Source: Candidatus Competibacteraceae bacterium (GTDB lineage Bacteria > Pseudomonadota > Gammaproteobacteria > Competibacterales > Competibacteraceae). Taken from it: a stretch of 64,000 bases of DNA. A program made the position numbers and the translations under genes. The notes under the pieces are model-generated. The model searched no databases, was not told the origin of the DNA, and worked only from the letters and a program-made list of their open reading frames with translations. Below are positions 49,612 through 60,420 of this stretch, piece after piece. The stretch lies in the NCBI GenBank assembly GCA_035575095.1, contig DATLYF010000126.1:3230-67229 (forward strand). Direction: 5' to 3'. Each line of letters starts with the position of its first letter. The first letter of the stretch is position 1.

Positions 49612-50597
49612 GCGGCCAGTCGTTCCTCTGCGGCTAGACGTTCGAAGAAAGCCCGGGTCAGCGCCAGTTGCTCTGCGGCGCGCTCGGCACGGTTGACCGC
49701 AGCGCGAAAGGCGGTGGCATCGAGGCGTCCCTGGCTGTACCAGGAGAGGTGCTTGCGCGCTACCCGCACGCCCAAGTACTCGCCGTAGAAGGCGTACAGG
49801 TTCTCCAGGTGTTCCAGCAGGATCGTCGCCACCTCCGCCAGCGGCGGCTCGGGTAGGCGCTGGCCGTGCCGCAGGTAGTGGGCGATCTCGCGGAAGATCC
49901 AGGGCCGGCCCTGGGCGGCACGGCCGATCATCACCGTGCCCACGCCGGTATGCTCCAGCACCGCCCTGGCCTTCTCCGGCGTATCGATGTCGCCGTTGGC
50001 GATCACTGGGATGGACACCGCCTGGGCGATGGCGCGGATGGTGTCGTATTCGGCCTGGCCCTGGTACAGATCGGCGCGGGTGCGGCCGTGTACCGTCAGC
50101 GCACAGATGCCGGATTCTTGCGCGATGCGGGCGATGCTGACGCCGTTGCGGTGCGCCCGATCCCAGCCGGTGCGGATCTTGAGGGTCACCGGTACCTCCA
50201 CTGCCTTCACCACCGCCTCCAGGATGCGCCCCACCAGCGGCTCATCCCGCAGCAGCGCCGACCCCGCCATGACGTTGCAGACCTTCTTCGCCGGGCAGCC
50301 CATGTTGATGTCGATGATTTGCGCGCCGTGCTCGACATTGAAGCGCGCCGCCTCGGCCATCATCGCTGGATCGTAGCCGGCGATCTGCACGCTGATCGGC
50401 TCCACCTCGCCGGCATGGTCCAGCCGCCGCCGAGTCTTGGCGCTGTGCCACAGCCGCGGATCGGAGGTCACCATCTCCGATACCGCCATGCCCGCCCCCA
50501 GCTGCTTGCACAGCTGCCGGAAAGGGCGATCGGTGACGCCGGCCATGGGCGCGAGTACCACCGGCGGGTTAATGGTGTAAGGGCCGATATGCAGCAT
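49608..50597 (-). CDS. dusB: tRNA-dihydrouridine synthase B
   Basis: Reads [14 protein letters not shown]...[12 protein letters not shown]..., in the conserved dusB-fis operon. Confidence 0.95.
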   Translation of the reverse strand: MLHIGPYTINPPVVLAPMAGVTDRPFRQLCKQLGAGMAVSEMVTSDPRLWHSAKTRRRLDHAGEVEPISVQIAGYDPAMMAEAARFNVEHGAQIIDINMGCPAKKVCNVMAGSALLRDEPLVGRILEAVVKAVEVPVTLKIRTGWDRAHRNGVSIARIAQESGICALTVHGRTRADLYQGQAEYDTIRAIAQAVSIPVIANGDIDTPEKARAVLEHTGVGTVMIGRAAQGRPWIFREIAHYLRHGQRLPEPPLAEVATILLEHLENLYAFYGEYLGVRVARKHLSWYSQGRLDATAFRAAVNRAERAAEQLALTRAFFERLAAEERLAA

Positions 50598-50705
50598 GAA
50601 TCGATACGGAACAAGCTTAGCAGGCCGCCCGACGGGCAGGGCAGAGGATGATAGCGGAACTGGGGGGCAGGAACCAGGGACCGAGGAGCGGGCGACGCTC
50701 CGCTT

Positions 50706-51611
50706 TTAACGGCGCACGCCGTGCAGCCGCACCCAGCCCTCCTTCTCGGCGCGAGGCTGGAACTCAAACCAGGGAGCGTAGGCGGCCTCCACCTCGTCGG
50801 CGTGGCGCGCCAGCAGCCCGGCCAGGACCACGGCGCCGCCCTGACGAGTGTGTTCGGCCAGGGTGGGGGCGAGCATCATCAGCGGACCGGCCAGGATGTT
50901 GGCCAACACCAGATCGGCGGGCGCTGCGGCGAGCTGCTCCGGCGGCACTACGTGCAGGCGCCCGAGGATCCCGTTGCGCGCGGCATTGTCGCGGGTAGCG
51001 GTGAGCGCCTGGGGATCGATGTCGGTGGCCCACAGCTCGCGGGCGCCGAGCAGACCGGCGGCGATGGCCAGGATGCCGGAGCCGCAGCCGTAGTCGATCA
51101 CCACCTGGTCGCGGGGCGGATGGGCATCCAGCCATTCCAGGCACAGCGCGGTGGTGGGGTGGGTGCCGGTGCCGAAGGCCAGGCCGGGATCGAGCAGCAG
51201 GTTGACTGCGGCGAGATCGGGCGGGTTCTGGTTGGTGGGGCAGACCCACAGCCGCTGGCCAAAGCGCATGGGCTGGTAGTGATCCATCCAGGCGCGCACC
51301 CAGTCACGCTCCTCCAGGCTCTCGGCGCGCAGCTCGGGCAGCGCCTCGGAGCCGAGACTGGCGACGATCCGGCGCTTGACCGACTCGATGTCGGTCTGGG
51401 CGTCGAACAGGCCGGTGACCCGGGTGTGGGGCCACAATGGGGTCTCCCCGGGCAGCGGCTCCAGCACCGGATGGTCGGCGGCGTCCTGCAGGGTCACCGC
51501 CACCGCCCCAGCCGCCAGCAGGGCGTCCTCCAGCTCCTGCGGGCTGTGGCGCACGGCCTCCAGGGTCAGTTGCAGCCAGGCGGGGTCGGCGCTGCTCATG
51601 AGTCTCCTCAC
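50706..51611 (-). CDS. prmA: Ribosomal protein L11 methyltransferase
   Basis: 301 aa with FGTGTHPTT and the SAM motif [11 protein letters not shown]. Confidence 0.9.
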   Translation of the reverse strand: MRRLMSSADPAWLQLTLEAVRHSPQELEDALLAAGAVAVTLQDAADHPVLEPLPGETPLWPHTRVTGLFDAQTDIESVKRRIVASLGSEALPELRAESLEERDWVRAWMDHYQPMRFGQRLWVCPTNQNPPDLAAVNLLLDPGLAFGTGTHPTTALCLEWLDAHPPRDQVVIDYGCGSGILAIAAGLLGARELWATDIDPQALTATRDNAARNGILGRLHVVPPEQLAAAPADLVLANILAGPLMMLAPTLAEHTRQGGAVVLAGLLARHADEVEAAYAPWFEFQPRAEKEGWVRLHGVRR

Positions 51612-52954
51612 TCCTTCAAACCCAGCAGCTTCTCCAGGTAGTGGATGTCGGTACCACCTTGGATGAAGCCGGCGTCGTTCATGATGCGCTGGTGTAGGGG
51701 CGCGTTGGTCTTGATGCCCTCGATCACCAGTTCGGCCAGGGCGTTGCGCATGCGGGCGATGGCGAACTCGCGGCTCTCGCCGTGAGTGATGAGCTTGCCG
51801 ATCATGGAGTCATAGTTGGGCGGTACGCGGTAACCGCTGTAGATGTGCGAATCCACCCGCACACCCGGTCCGCCCGGTGCATGGTAGAGGGTGATGTTGC
51901 CGGGGGAGGGCAGGAAATTGTTCGGGTCTTCGGCGTTGATACGGCACTCGATGGCGTGGCCGCGCAGCACGATGTCCTTCTGGCGGAAGGCGAGCGGCAG
52001 CCCGGCGGCGATGCGGATCTGCTCCTTGACGATGTCCACCCCGGTGATCATCTCGGTGACCGGGTGCTCCACCTGGATGCGGGTGTTCATCTCGATGAAG
52101 TAGAACTCGCCGTCCTGGTAGAGGAACTCGAAGGTGCCGGCGCCGCGATAGCCGATGCGCTTGCAGGCTTCGACGCAGATCATACCGATGTGGCGGCGCT
52201 GCTCCTCGCTGAGGCCGGGAGCGGGGGCCTCCTCCACCACCTTCTGGTGGCGGCGCTGCATGGAGCAGTCGCGCTCGCCCAGGTAGACGGCGTTGCCATG
52301 GCTGTCGGCCAGCACCTGAATCTCGATGTGGCGTGGCCGCTCCAGGAACTTCTCCATGTACACCATGGGATTGCCGAAAGCGGCCTGGGCTTCAGCGCGG
52401 GTCAGGGAAATGGTGTTGAGCAGCGCCGCCTCGGAGTGCACCACGCGCATACCGCGCCCGCCGCCGCCGCCGGCGGCCTTGATGATCACCGGGAAGCCGA
52501 TGCGGCGTGCCAGGCGCAGGGTCTCCTCGTCGTCGTCCCCCAGCGGTCCGTCGGAGCCGGGCACGCAGGGGATGCCGGCCTCCTTCATGGCCTTGATGGC
52601 GGAGACCTTGTCGCCCATCAGACGGATGGTCTCCGGGCGCGGGCCGATGAAGATGAAACCGGACTGTTCGACGCGCTCGGCGAAATCGGCGTTCTCCGAG
52701 AGAAAACCATAGCCGGGGTGGATGGCCACGGCGTCGGTGACCTCGGCCGCCGAGATCAGCGCCGGCATGTTCAGATAGCTCTCGGCGGGGGGTGGGGGAC
52801 CGATGCACACCGACTCGTCGGCCAGGCGCACATGCTTGAGATCGCGGTCCACGGTGGAGTGGACGGCGACGGTCTTGATGCCCAGTTCGCGGCAGGCGCG
52901 CAGGATGCGCAGGGCGATTTCTCCGCGGTTGGCGATGACGACTTTATCCAGCAT
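51608..52954 (-). CDS. accC: Acetyl-CoA carboxylase, biotin carboxylase subunit
   Basis: 448 aa reading [26 protein letters not shown], with the ATP-grasp [14 protein letters not shown]. Confidence 0.97.
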   Translation of the reverse strand: MLDKVVIANRGEIALRILRACRELGIKTVAVHSTVDRDLKHVRLADESVCIGPPPPAESYLNMPALISAAEVTDAVAIHPGYGFLSENADFAERVEQSGFIFIGPRPETIRLMGDKVSAIKAMKEAGIPCVPGSDGPLGDDDEETLRLARRIGFPVIIKAAGGGGGRGMRVVHSEAALLNTISLTRAEAQAAFGNPMVYMEKFLERPRHIEIQVLADSHGNAVYLGERDCSMQRRHQKVVEEAPAPGLSEEQRRHIGMICVEACKRIGYRGAGTFEFLYQDGEFYFIEMNTRIQVEHPVTEMITGVDIVKEQIRIAAGLPLAFRQKDIVLRGHAIECRINAEDPNNFLPSPGNITLYHAPGGPGVRVDSHIYSGYRVPPNYDSMIGKLITHGESREFAIARMRNALAELVIEGIKTNAPLHQRIMNDAGFIQGGTDIHYLEKLLGLKE

Positions 52955-52970
52955 GGTCGGTTGCGCCCGC

Positions 52971-53456
52971 TTATTCGATCACGACCAGCGGCTGGTCGTA
53001 TTCGACCGGCTGGCCGTTCTCCACCAGGATCTCCACTACCGTACCGGCCCTGTCGGCTTCGATGGGATTGAACATCTTCATCGCCTCGATGATGCAGATG
53101 GTGTCGCCCGCCTTGACCTGGCTGCCCACCTCCACGAAGGGCTTGGCGCCCGGTGAGGCGGAGCGGTAGAAGGTACCCACCATGGGCGAGCGGATGAGGT
53201 GGCCGCTGCGCACCGGCTCGACCGGCTTGCTCTCGGCTACGGCGGCGGCGACCGGCGCGGCGGTGGCCGGCGCCGGCGTGGCGAAGGCACCGGCCGGCGC
53301 GTTCCAGGTCGGTGCCATGGCTGGCTGCACCATCACCGGCGCACCTTTGGCGTGGCGGCTGATGCGCACCGATTCCTCGCCCTCCTGGATCTCGATCTCG
53401 GCGATGCCGGATTCCTCCAGGAGTTCAATCAGCTTCTTGATCTTGCGAATGTCCAT
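52971..53456 (-). CDS. accB: Biotin carboxyl carrier protein
   Basis: Start at [17 protein letters not shown], with a Pro/Ala linker and the biotinylation motif IEAMKM. Confidence 0.93.
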   Translation of the reverse strand: MDIRKIKKLIELLEESGIAEIEIQEGEESVRISRHAKGAPVMVQPAMAPTWNAPAGAFATPAPATAAPVAAAVAESKPVEPVRSGHLIRSPMVGTFYRSASPGAKPFVEVGSQVKAGDTICIIEAMKMFNPIEADRAGTVVEILVENGQPVEYDQPLVVIE

Positions 53457-53467
53457 GATGTGTCGTC

Positions 53468-53641
53468 TTAACCTTTGCGTTGGCGCAGTTGACGGTCCGC
53501 CGCCGGCAGGGTCAGCGTGCAACCCTGAGTGCCCAAACCGCAGATGACGTCCACCGCCACGTCATGAGGGTGGTGGCCGAAGGGGTCACGGGTGCCCAGC
53601 AGATCGAGGGCGGGGCCGGTGCAGAACAGCAGTTTTGCCAT
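53468..53641 (-). pseudogene. aroQ: Internally deleted type II 3-dehydroquinate dehydratase (aroQ) remnant, 57 codons
   Basis: MAKLLFCTGPALDLLGTRDP corresponds to the AroQ N-terminus (M..LLVLHGPNLNLLGTREP). It is fused in frame to [23 protein letters not shown], which matches the AroQ C-terminus ([20 protein letters not shown].GY). Only 300 nt separate dsbD from accB, so a ~145-aa gene cannot fit. Confidence 0.6.
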
Positions 53642-53758
53642 GGAGGGCAGCGTCCGGGGGACAGGGCGGAAGGTGGTGGCATTCTGCATCAATGCCCAGG
53701 TCTTGTCCAGAAATGGGAAGATCGGCGAAGATCGGCGCCGATGCAGGCGAGATCCCCT

Positions 53759-55600
53759 TTAGCCGTCCAGTGCCCGCTGCAGCCGCGCGGCGAAGGCCGG
53801 GGCCGGCAGAAAGCCTACCACCCGGTGGTCGAACCGTTCGCGTCCCTGCGCGTCGAAGAACAGGATGGCAGGCGGCCCGAACAGGCCGAAGCGCTTGAGC
53901 AGGGCCTGGTCCTCGGCGTCGTTGGCGCTGACATCGGCGCGCAGCTTGAGCGCTCCGGCCCAAGCGGCGCGCACCGCCGGATCGGGGAAGGTATAGCGCT
54001 CCATCTCCTTGCAGGAGATGCACCAGTCGGCATAGAAGTCCAGCACCACCGGCCGCGAGCCTGCCGCCGCCAGGGCCTGCTGCAGGCCGGCCACACCCTT
54101 GATGGGCTGGAACTCCGCGGCCTGGGCCGACTCCGGTGCCGCCCCTGACCAGCTCACATCGCGCAGCGGCTGCCAGGGATCGCGGCTGCCGCCGGCCAGA
54201 CCCACCAGGATCAGGCTGCCGTAGACCAGGAGCAGCACCCCCAAGCCCTTACCTAGTACCTGCCAGCCCGCGGCGGGGCGCTCCAGGGCATGCAGCGCGC
54301 CCAGCTGTACCGCGCCCACCAGTAGCAGCGCAGCCCAGCTCAGCATGATCAGCGGTGCCGGCAGGATGCGCTCCAGCAGCCACAATGCCACCGCCAGCAG
54401 CAGATAGCCGAACAGGTGGCGGATGCTCTCCAGCCAGCGCCCGGCCCGGGGCAGCCAGTGGCCGGCGCTGGCGCCGAGGACGAGCAGCGGCAGACCCATG
54501 CCCAGGCTCAGGACGAACAGGGCGGCGGCACCGAGCAGCACATCGCCGCTCTGAGCGATCACCGAAAGGATGCCGATCAGAGGCGGCGCCAGGCAGGGAC
54601 TGACGATCAACGCCGAGAGCGCCCCCATGACCCCTACCCCGAGGTAACGGCCGCCGATCTGGCGGTTGCTGAGCTCGGTCAACGTCTGCTGCCAGCGCGC
54701 GGGGAGCTGCAGATGGAACAAGCCGAACATGGACAGGGCCAGCAGCACGAACAAGCCGGCGAAGCCGCCGAGCACCGCCGGATGCTGGAATAGGGTCTGC
54801 AGGTTCTGACCGAGCAGGGCGGCCAGGACGCCGACCAGAGTATAGGTCAGGGCCATGGCCAGCACGTAGGTGAGCGACAGCGCCAAGGCGCGCGGCGTGC
54901 TGAGCTTGTCCCCCTGGCCGACGATGAGGCCGGAGAGGATGGGGAGCATGGGAAACATGCAGGGCGTGAAGGCCAGCAACAGCCCTAGCCCCAGGAACAG
55001 GGGCAAAGACCAGAGGCGGTCCCGGGCCAGCAGCTGCGCCAGGCGATCCTGCTCGGCCGGCGGCAGCGCTGCGGCAGGGGCGGAGGGAGGCAGTGCAGGC
55101 GCGCTGGCGGCCACCGTCGAGGGTGTGGCGCCGCTGGGCAGCGCCACCGGCAGGATCTGGTTCATGGGCGGATAGCACACCCCCACCTCGGCGCAGCCCT
55201 GATAGTCCAGCCGCACGCGGATCTCGCCGGCGGCCGGCCAGTCGCCGGCGAGGCGGGCGCTGGCGCGGGCCGCGCGATAGTACACCTGCTGCACGCCGAA
55301 GAACTCGTCCTCCTTGGGCTCGCCGGCCGGCAGCTCCAGGCTCTGCACGGTCAGTCCGCCGGCGTCCAGGAGAGTGAGCTTGATCTTGTCGCGGTACAGG
55401 TAATAGCCGTCGGCGATGGCCCAGGTGGCTTCCAGGGTGCGGGCGTCGCGGGCGCTGACGCTGGGGGCGAAAGCCTGCTCCGGGGGCAGCAGGTCAGGGC
55501 CGGCGGAGCTGCCGCCCCAGCCCTTGAACAGCCCGCTCTGGGCCAGGGCCAGCAGCGGCAGCAACAACAGGATCGGCAGCAGCGCCGCTCTACGCAGCAT
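53759..55600 (-). CDS. dsbD: Thiol:disulfide interchange protein DsbD
   Basis: Start at MLRRAALLPILLLLPLLALAQS (signal peptide). It has a polytopic central domain and a C-terminal thioredoxin domain with WCISC. Confidence 0.9.
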   Translation of the reverse strand: MLRRAALLPILLLLPLLALAQSGLFKGWGGSSAGPDLLPPEQAFAPSVSARDARTLEATWAIADGYYLYRDKIKLTLLDAGGLTVQSLELPAGEPKEDEFFGVQQVYYRAARASARLAGDWPAAGEIRVRLDYQGCAEVGVCYPPMNQILPVALPSGATPSTVAASAPALPPSAPAAALPPAEQDRLAQLLARDRLWSLPLFLGLGLLLAFTPCMFPMLPILSGLIVGQGDKLSTPRALALSLTYVLAMALTYTLVGVLAALLGQNLQTLFQHPAVLGGFAGLFVLLALSMFGLFHLQLPARWQQTLTELSNRQIGGRYLGVGVMGALSALIVSPCLAPPLIGILSVIAQSGDVLLGAAALFVLSLGMGLPLLVLGASAGHWLPRAGRWLESIRHLFGYLLLAVALWLLERILPAPLIMLSWAALLLVGAVQLGALHALERPAAGWQVLGKGLGVLLLVYGSLILVGLAGGSRDPWQPLRDVSWSGAAPESAQAAEFQPIKGVAGLQQALAAAGSRPVVLDFYADWCISCKEMERYTFPDPAVRAAWAGALKLRADVSANDAEDQALLKRFGLFGPPAILFFDAQGRERFDHRVVGFLPAPAFAARLQRALDG

Positions 55601-55937
55601 CGCCCGCCTCCACGCTGGCCGCCAGCCAGTCCAGATAGGGGGTGCTGCCTTCCAGGATGGGTAGTGCGATGAGTTCCGGAACCTCATAGGGATGCAGTTC
55701 GCGTACCCGCCGCTCCAGGGCGGTGAAGGCATCGGTGCGGGTCTTGATCAGCAGCAGCACTTCGACATCGCGCTGGATCGCGCCCTGCCAGCGGTACACC
55801 GAGGTCAGGCCGGGCAGAATGTTGACGCAGGCGGCCAGCCGCTCTGCCACCAGGGTTTCGGCCATCCGCCCGGCGCTGTCCAGATCGGGGCAGGTGCAGA
55901 GCACCACCCGGTTGCCGTTGCCCATGTTCTTGTTCAT
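55590..55937 (-). CDS. cutA: Divalent-cation tolerance protein CutA
   Basis: 115 aa reading AACVNILPGLTSVYRWQG...YEVPELIALP. The cutA-dsbD pairing is as in E. coli. Confidence 0.85.
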   Translation of the reverse strand: MNKNMGNGNRVVLCTCPDLDSAGRMAETLVAERLAACVNILPGLTSVYRWQGAIQRDVEVLLLIKTRTDAFTALERRVRELHPYEVPELIALPILEGSTPYLDWLAASVEAGDAA

Positions 55938-56137
55938 CGCTGTGATAAGCCCGCCTACATGCCCGCCGAGTGTGCCATTATAAGTAAGTCTTTGATCGCC
56001 CCACAGCCTGCCCCGCGGGCAAGGCTCGGAACATGTTCTGTCGATCGGTCCGTGTCACTTTCGGCCTACACCCAGCGCAGAAAACCGTCTCTATAGGAGA
56101 TAACTATTTTTTTGATAGCAACAATTGTCTTGAGCTA

Positions 56138-56158
56138 TTAATGAGAACGATTATCATC
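56138..56158. promoter_or_regulatory. Weak Fur-box-like sequence
   Basis: TTAATGAGAACGATTATCATC matches the GATAATGATAATCATTATC consensus in about 14-15 of 19 positions by eye. It lies ~35 nt upstream of the 56190 ORF. Confidence 0.25.
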
Positions 56159-56189
56159 GAGCTAGGATCGGCATACGAGGAGATCCGCC

Positions 56190-56393
56190 ATGCTCAAGAC
56201 CCTGACCTTCGCCATGGTGCATTTCTCCGTGGCCTTTACCGTCGGCTGGCTGCTCACCGGCAGTGTCGCCATCGGCAGCTTGCTGGCTCTGGTGGAGCCG
56301 ACTTGCAACACCGTAGCCTATTTCTTCCACGAGAAGTTGTGGGAGCGCATCCGCCGCCGCGGGGTGGCGGCGCGTCCTCGGCCTGCGGCCTGA
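56190..56393 (+). CDS. Small membrane protein (DUF2061-like)
   Basis: 67 aa with two predicted TM helices and an ...YFFHEKLWERI tail reminiscent of DUF2061. Confidence 0.55.
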   Translation: MLKTLTFAMVHFSVAFTVGWLLTGSVAIGSLLALVEPTCNTVAYFFHEKLWERIRRRGVAARPRPAA

Positions 56394-56400
56394 GCCGCCA

Positions 56401-56991
56401 TTGCCCATGACCCTGTCTCTGGCCGCACCCGTCGAGGTCGAGATCGAGATCAAGAAGAGCCGCTTCATCGCCCATGTCGCTCCGGCCGCCTCGCGGGCCG
56501 AGGCCATGGCGGTGGTGGCGGCGCTGCGCCAGCGTTACCCAGGCGCCACTCACTATTGCTGGGCGTTGCTGGCCGGCGGCGAGTCGGGCATGAGCGATGA
56601 CGGTGAACCCGGCGGCACCGCCGGCCGGCCCATGCTCAATGTGCTGCAGCACAAGGGGCTGGGCGATGTGGTGGCGGTGGTGGTGCGCTATTTCGGCGGC
56701 ATCAAGCTGGGCGCCGGCGGCCTGGTGCGCGCCTACGGCCAGGCGGTGTCCCAGGCCCTGCAGACGGCGCGGATGGTACCGCGGCTACGGCCGGTGGAGC
56801 GACGGCTGGAGGTGGACTATCCCCTGGAGAGCCGGGTGCGCCACTGGTGCCAGCGGCATGCCATCGCCCTGGTCGGAGTGGAGTACGGCGAGCGCTTGCG
56901 CATCACCCTGTGCCTGCCGCAAGAGGCAGCAGAGCGGCTATGCGCGCAGCTTCAGGATATGCTGCAAGGGCAGGGGCGTTGGCTCGCCTGA
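56401..56991 (+). CDS. yigZ: YigZ/IMPACT-family protein
   Basis: IKKSRFIAHV, HYCWA, GEPGGTAGRPML and VVRYFGGIKLGAGGLVRAYG. Confidence 0.85.
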   Translation: MPMTLSLAAPVEVEIEIKKSRFIAHVAPAASRAEAMAVVAALRQRYPGATHYCWALLAGGESGMSDDGEPGGTAGRPMLNVLQHKGLGDVVAVVVRYFGGIKLGAGGLVRAYGQAVSQALQTARMVPRLRPVERRLEVDYPLESRVRHWCQRHAIALVGVEYGERLRITLCLPQEAAERLCAQLQDMLQGQGRWLA

Positions 56992-56999
56992 AGCGGCAT

Positions 57000-57032
57000 C
57001 CCCCCTCGCCATGGTTGCTGTCGCAAGGGGGG
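57000..57032. terminator. Stem-loop between convergent yigZ and trxB
   Basis: CCCCCCT...AGGGGGG arms (7 bp) around a 19-nt loop. There is no clear U-tract. Confidence 0.35.
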
Positions 57033-57047
57033 CGGTGTCCGCGTGGC

Positions 57048-58115
<1,068 letters not shown>

Positions 58116-58718
58116 TTACAGCTTACCGGCGTTCTCCGCCAGATATTCGGCCACGCCGGAGGCGTCGGCCTTCATCCCCTTCTGGCCCTTCTGCCAGCCG
58201 GCCGGGCAGACCTCGCCGTGCTCTTCGGTAAACTGCAGCGCCTCCACCAGGCGCAGCATTTCATCCACGTTGCGCCCGAGCGGCAGGTTGTTGACGATCT
58301 GCGACTGCACCACGCCGTTGCGGTCGATGAGGAAGGTGGCGCGCAGGGCGACACCGGCCTCGGGGTGTTCGACGCCGTAGGCGCGGGTGATTTCGTGCTT
58401 GACGTCGGCCACCAGCGGGAACTGCACCGGACCGATGCCGCCCTTCTCCACCGGGGTGTTGCGCCAGGCGAAATGGGTGAACTGGGAATCGATGCTCACT
58501 CCCACCACCTCCACGCCCAGATCCTTGAACTTCGCGATGCGGTTGTCGTGGGCGATGATCTCGGAGGGGCAGACGAAGGTGAAGTCCAGGGGATAGAAGA
58601 ACAGCACCACGTACTTGCCGCGCAGGTCGGAGAGCTTGAAGTCCTCCTTGATGGTACCGTCGGCCAGAACGGCGGGAGCGGTGAAGTCCGGGGCCTGCTT
58701 GGTTACCAGTACGCTCAT
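58116..58718 (-). CDS. ahpC: Typical 2-Cys peroxiredoxin (AhpC/Prx1 type)
   Basis: Start at MSVLVTKQAPDF (200 aa). Peroxidatic Cys in FTFVCPSE and resolving Cys in HGEVCPAGW. The rest of the listed 414-aa ORF is antisense to terC. Confidence 0.93.
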   Translation of the reverse strand: MSVLVTKQAPDFTAPAVLADGTIKEDFKLSDLRGKYVVLFFYPLDFTFVCPSEIIAHDNRIAKFKDLGVEVVGVSIDSQFTHFAWRNTPVEKGGIGPVQFPLVADVKHEITRAYGVEHPEAGVALRATFLIDRNGVVQSQIVNNLPLGRNVDEMLRLVEALQFTEEHGEVCPAGWQKGQKGMKADASGVAEYLAENAGKL

Positions 58719-58904
58719 CGGGTATCTCCTTAGGATTGGTTGCACGAAACGTGGCGAAGGATACGAGATGGCCGTCCATCGGTGAAATTGAATTATCCAA
58801 CGGCCTGGATAGCCAATGCCTATCGGACCGACTGCCTCGTGTCCGTCACCCGAACATGCTATAAGCGCGTAGCAAACCAACAACACCCTGAGGATGAGGC
58901 ACGC

Positions 58905-59630
58905 ATGGAGTTCCTGCTCGATCCGCAAACCTGGGCCAGTCTGGCAACCCTCACGGCGCTGGAGATCGTGCTCGGCATCGACAATCTGTTGTTCATCTCC
59001 ATCATCTCCAGCAGGCTGCCGGCTCACCAGCAGGTGGTGGCCCGCCGCACCGGCCTGGCGCTGGCGGTGCTCTCGCGCCTGGCGCTGCTGGCCAGCATCG
59101 CTTGGCTGGTGGGCCTGATCGAGCCGGTGTTCAGCGTATTCGAGCATCCGGTGTCCTGGCGCGATATCATCCTCATCGGTGGCGGTCTGTTCCTGCTGGC
59201 CAAGGGCACTAGCGAGATCCACGCCACCGTAGAAGGGGTGGAGGAGGAGATACGCCAGGCCAAGGCCGCCAGTTTCTTCTCGGTGATCATGCAGATCATG
59301 ATCCTCGATATCGTGTTCTCCCTGGATTCGGTCATCACCGCCGTGGGCATGGCGCAGCATCTGGAGGTGATGGCGGCGGCCATCATCATCGCCGTGGCCA
59401 TCATGCTGTTCGCCGCCGAGCCGCTATCGCGCTTCATCGAGGCGCACCTCTCGGTGAAGATGCTGGCGCTGGCCTTCCTCATCCTGGTGGGCGTGGCGCT
59501 GATTGCCGACGGTATGGGCTTCCACATTCCCAAGGGCTATCTCTACTTCGCCATCGCCTTCTCGGTGGGCGTGGAGATCCTCAATCTGTGGGCGCAAAAG
59601 CGCCGGCGGCAGGCCAGGGCCGCAAGGTGA
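58905..59630 (+). CDS. TerC-family integral membrane protein
   Basis: Start at MEFLLDPQTWASL, with LEIVLGIDNLLFISI and ILDIVFSLDSVITAVG, which are the TerC repeats. Confidence 0.85.
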   Translation: MEFLLDPQTWASLATLTALEIVLGIDNLLFISIISSRLPAHQQVVARRTGLALAVLSRLALLASIAWLVGLIEPVFSVFEHPVSWRDIILIGGGLFLLAKGTSEIHATVEGVEEEIRQAKAASFFSVIMQIMILDIVFSLDSVITAVGMAQHLEVMAAAIIIAVAIMLFAAEPLSRFIEAHLSVKMLALAFLILVGVALIADGMGFHIPKGYLYFAIAFSVGVEILNLWAQKRRRQARAAR

Positions 59631-59660
59631 GTGAAGATCCGACCCCGTCCGCCGGCGGGG

Positions 59661-59678
59661 CTGTCACCGTTCTGTCAC
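59661..59678 (+). promoter_or_regulatory. Pho box upstream of phoB
   Basis: CTGTCAC-cgtt-CTGTCAC is two 7-bp direct repeats at an 11-bp period, matching CTGTCAT-N4-CTGTCAT. An AT-rich -10 candidate (TTAAAT) lies 10 nt downstream. Confidence 0.7.
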
Positions 59679-59727
59679 ATGGCGCGCCTTAAATAAGCCG
59701 GTTCAGTAACGGGCGAAGGTTTAGGCA

Positions 59728-60420
59728 ATGAACGCGAAACGCATCCTGGTTGTGGAAGACGAGCAACCGATCCGCGAGATGATCAGCTTCGCCCTGGGCA
59801 GCGTCGGCTTCGCCGTGGAGGAGGCCGCCGACAGCCGCCAGGCGCAGACTGCCATCGCCAACCACCGCCCCGACCTGATCCTGCTGGACTGGATGCTGCC
59901 CGGCGTGAGCGGCATCGACTACGCGCGGCGGCTAAAGAAAGACGAGTTGACCCGCGAGATCCCCATCATCATGCTCACCGCCCGGGCCGAGGAGGAGGAC
60001 AAGATTCAGGGACTGGACAGCGGTGCCGACGACTACATCACCAAGCCGTTCTCGCCCCGCGAGCTGGTGGCGCGCATCAAGGCGGTGCTGCGCCGCGGTG
60101 GCCCGGGTGGCGAGGGCGAGGTGCTGGAGGCCAGCGGTCTCAAACTCGATACCGCCAGCCACCGTGTCACCAGCGGCACGGCTACGATCGAGATCGGCCC
60201 CACCGAGTACCGCTTGCTGGAGTTTTTCATGTCGCATCCGGAGCGGGTCTATTCGCGCTCGCAGTTGCTCGACCGAGTCTGGGGCAGCAACGTCTACGTG
60301 GAGGAGCGCACCGTGGACGTGCACATCCGCCGCCTGCGCAAGGCGCTGGAGCCCTACGGTCACGACGTCCTGATCCAGACCGTGCGCGGCGCCGGCTACC
60401 GCTTCTCGACGAGGCTCTGA
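59728..60420 (+). CDS. phoB: Phosphate regulon response regulator
   Basis: 230 aa with a receiver domain ([10 protein letters not shown]) and an OmpR-type winged helix ([12 protein letters not shown]...[11 protein letters not shown]). Confidence 0.93.
   Translation: MNAKRILVVEDEQPIREMISFALGSVGFAVEEAADSRQAQTAIANHRPDLILLDWMLPGVSGIDYARRLKKDELTREIPIIMLTARAEEEDKIQGLDSGADDYITKPFSPRELVARIKAVLRRGGPGGEGEVLEASGLKLDTASHRVTSGTATIEIGPTEYRLLEFFMSHPERVYSRSQLLDRVWGSNVYVEERTVDVHIRRLRKALEPYGHDVLIQTVRGAGYRFSTRL

Noticed and set aside
53717-53736. A tandem 10-bp duplication (GAAGATCGGC x2), considered as a CRISPR or VNTR seed
   Set aside because: There are only two units and no spacer-repeat architecture. It is mentioned only under the aroQ remnant. 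No CRISPR-like array was seen anywhere in the window.
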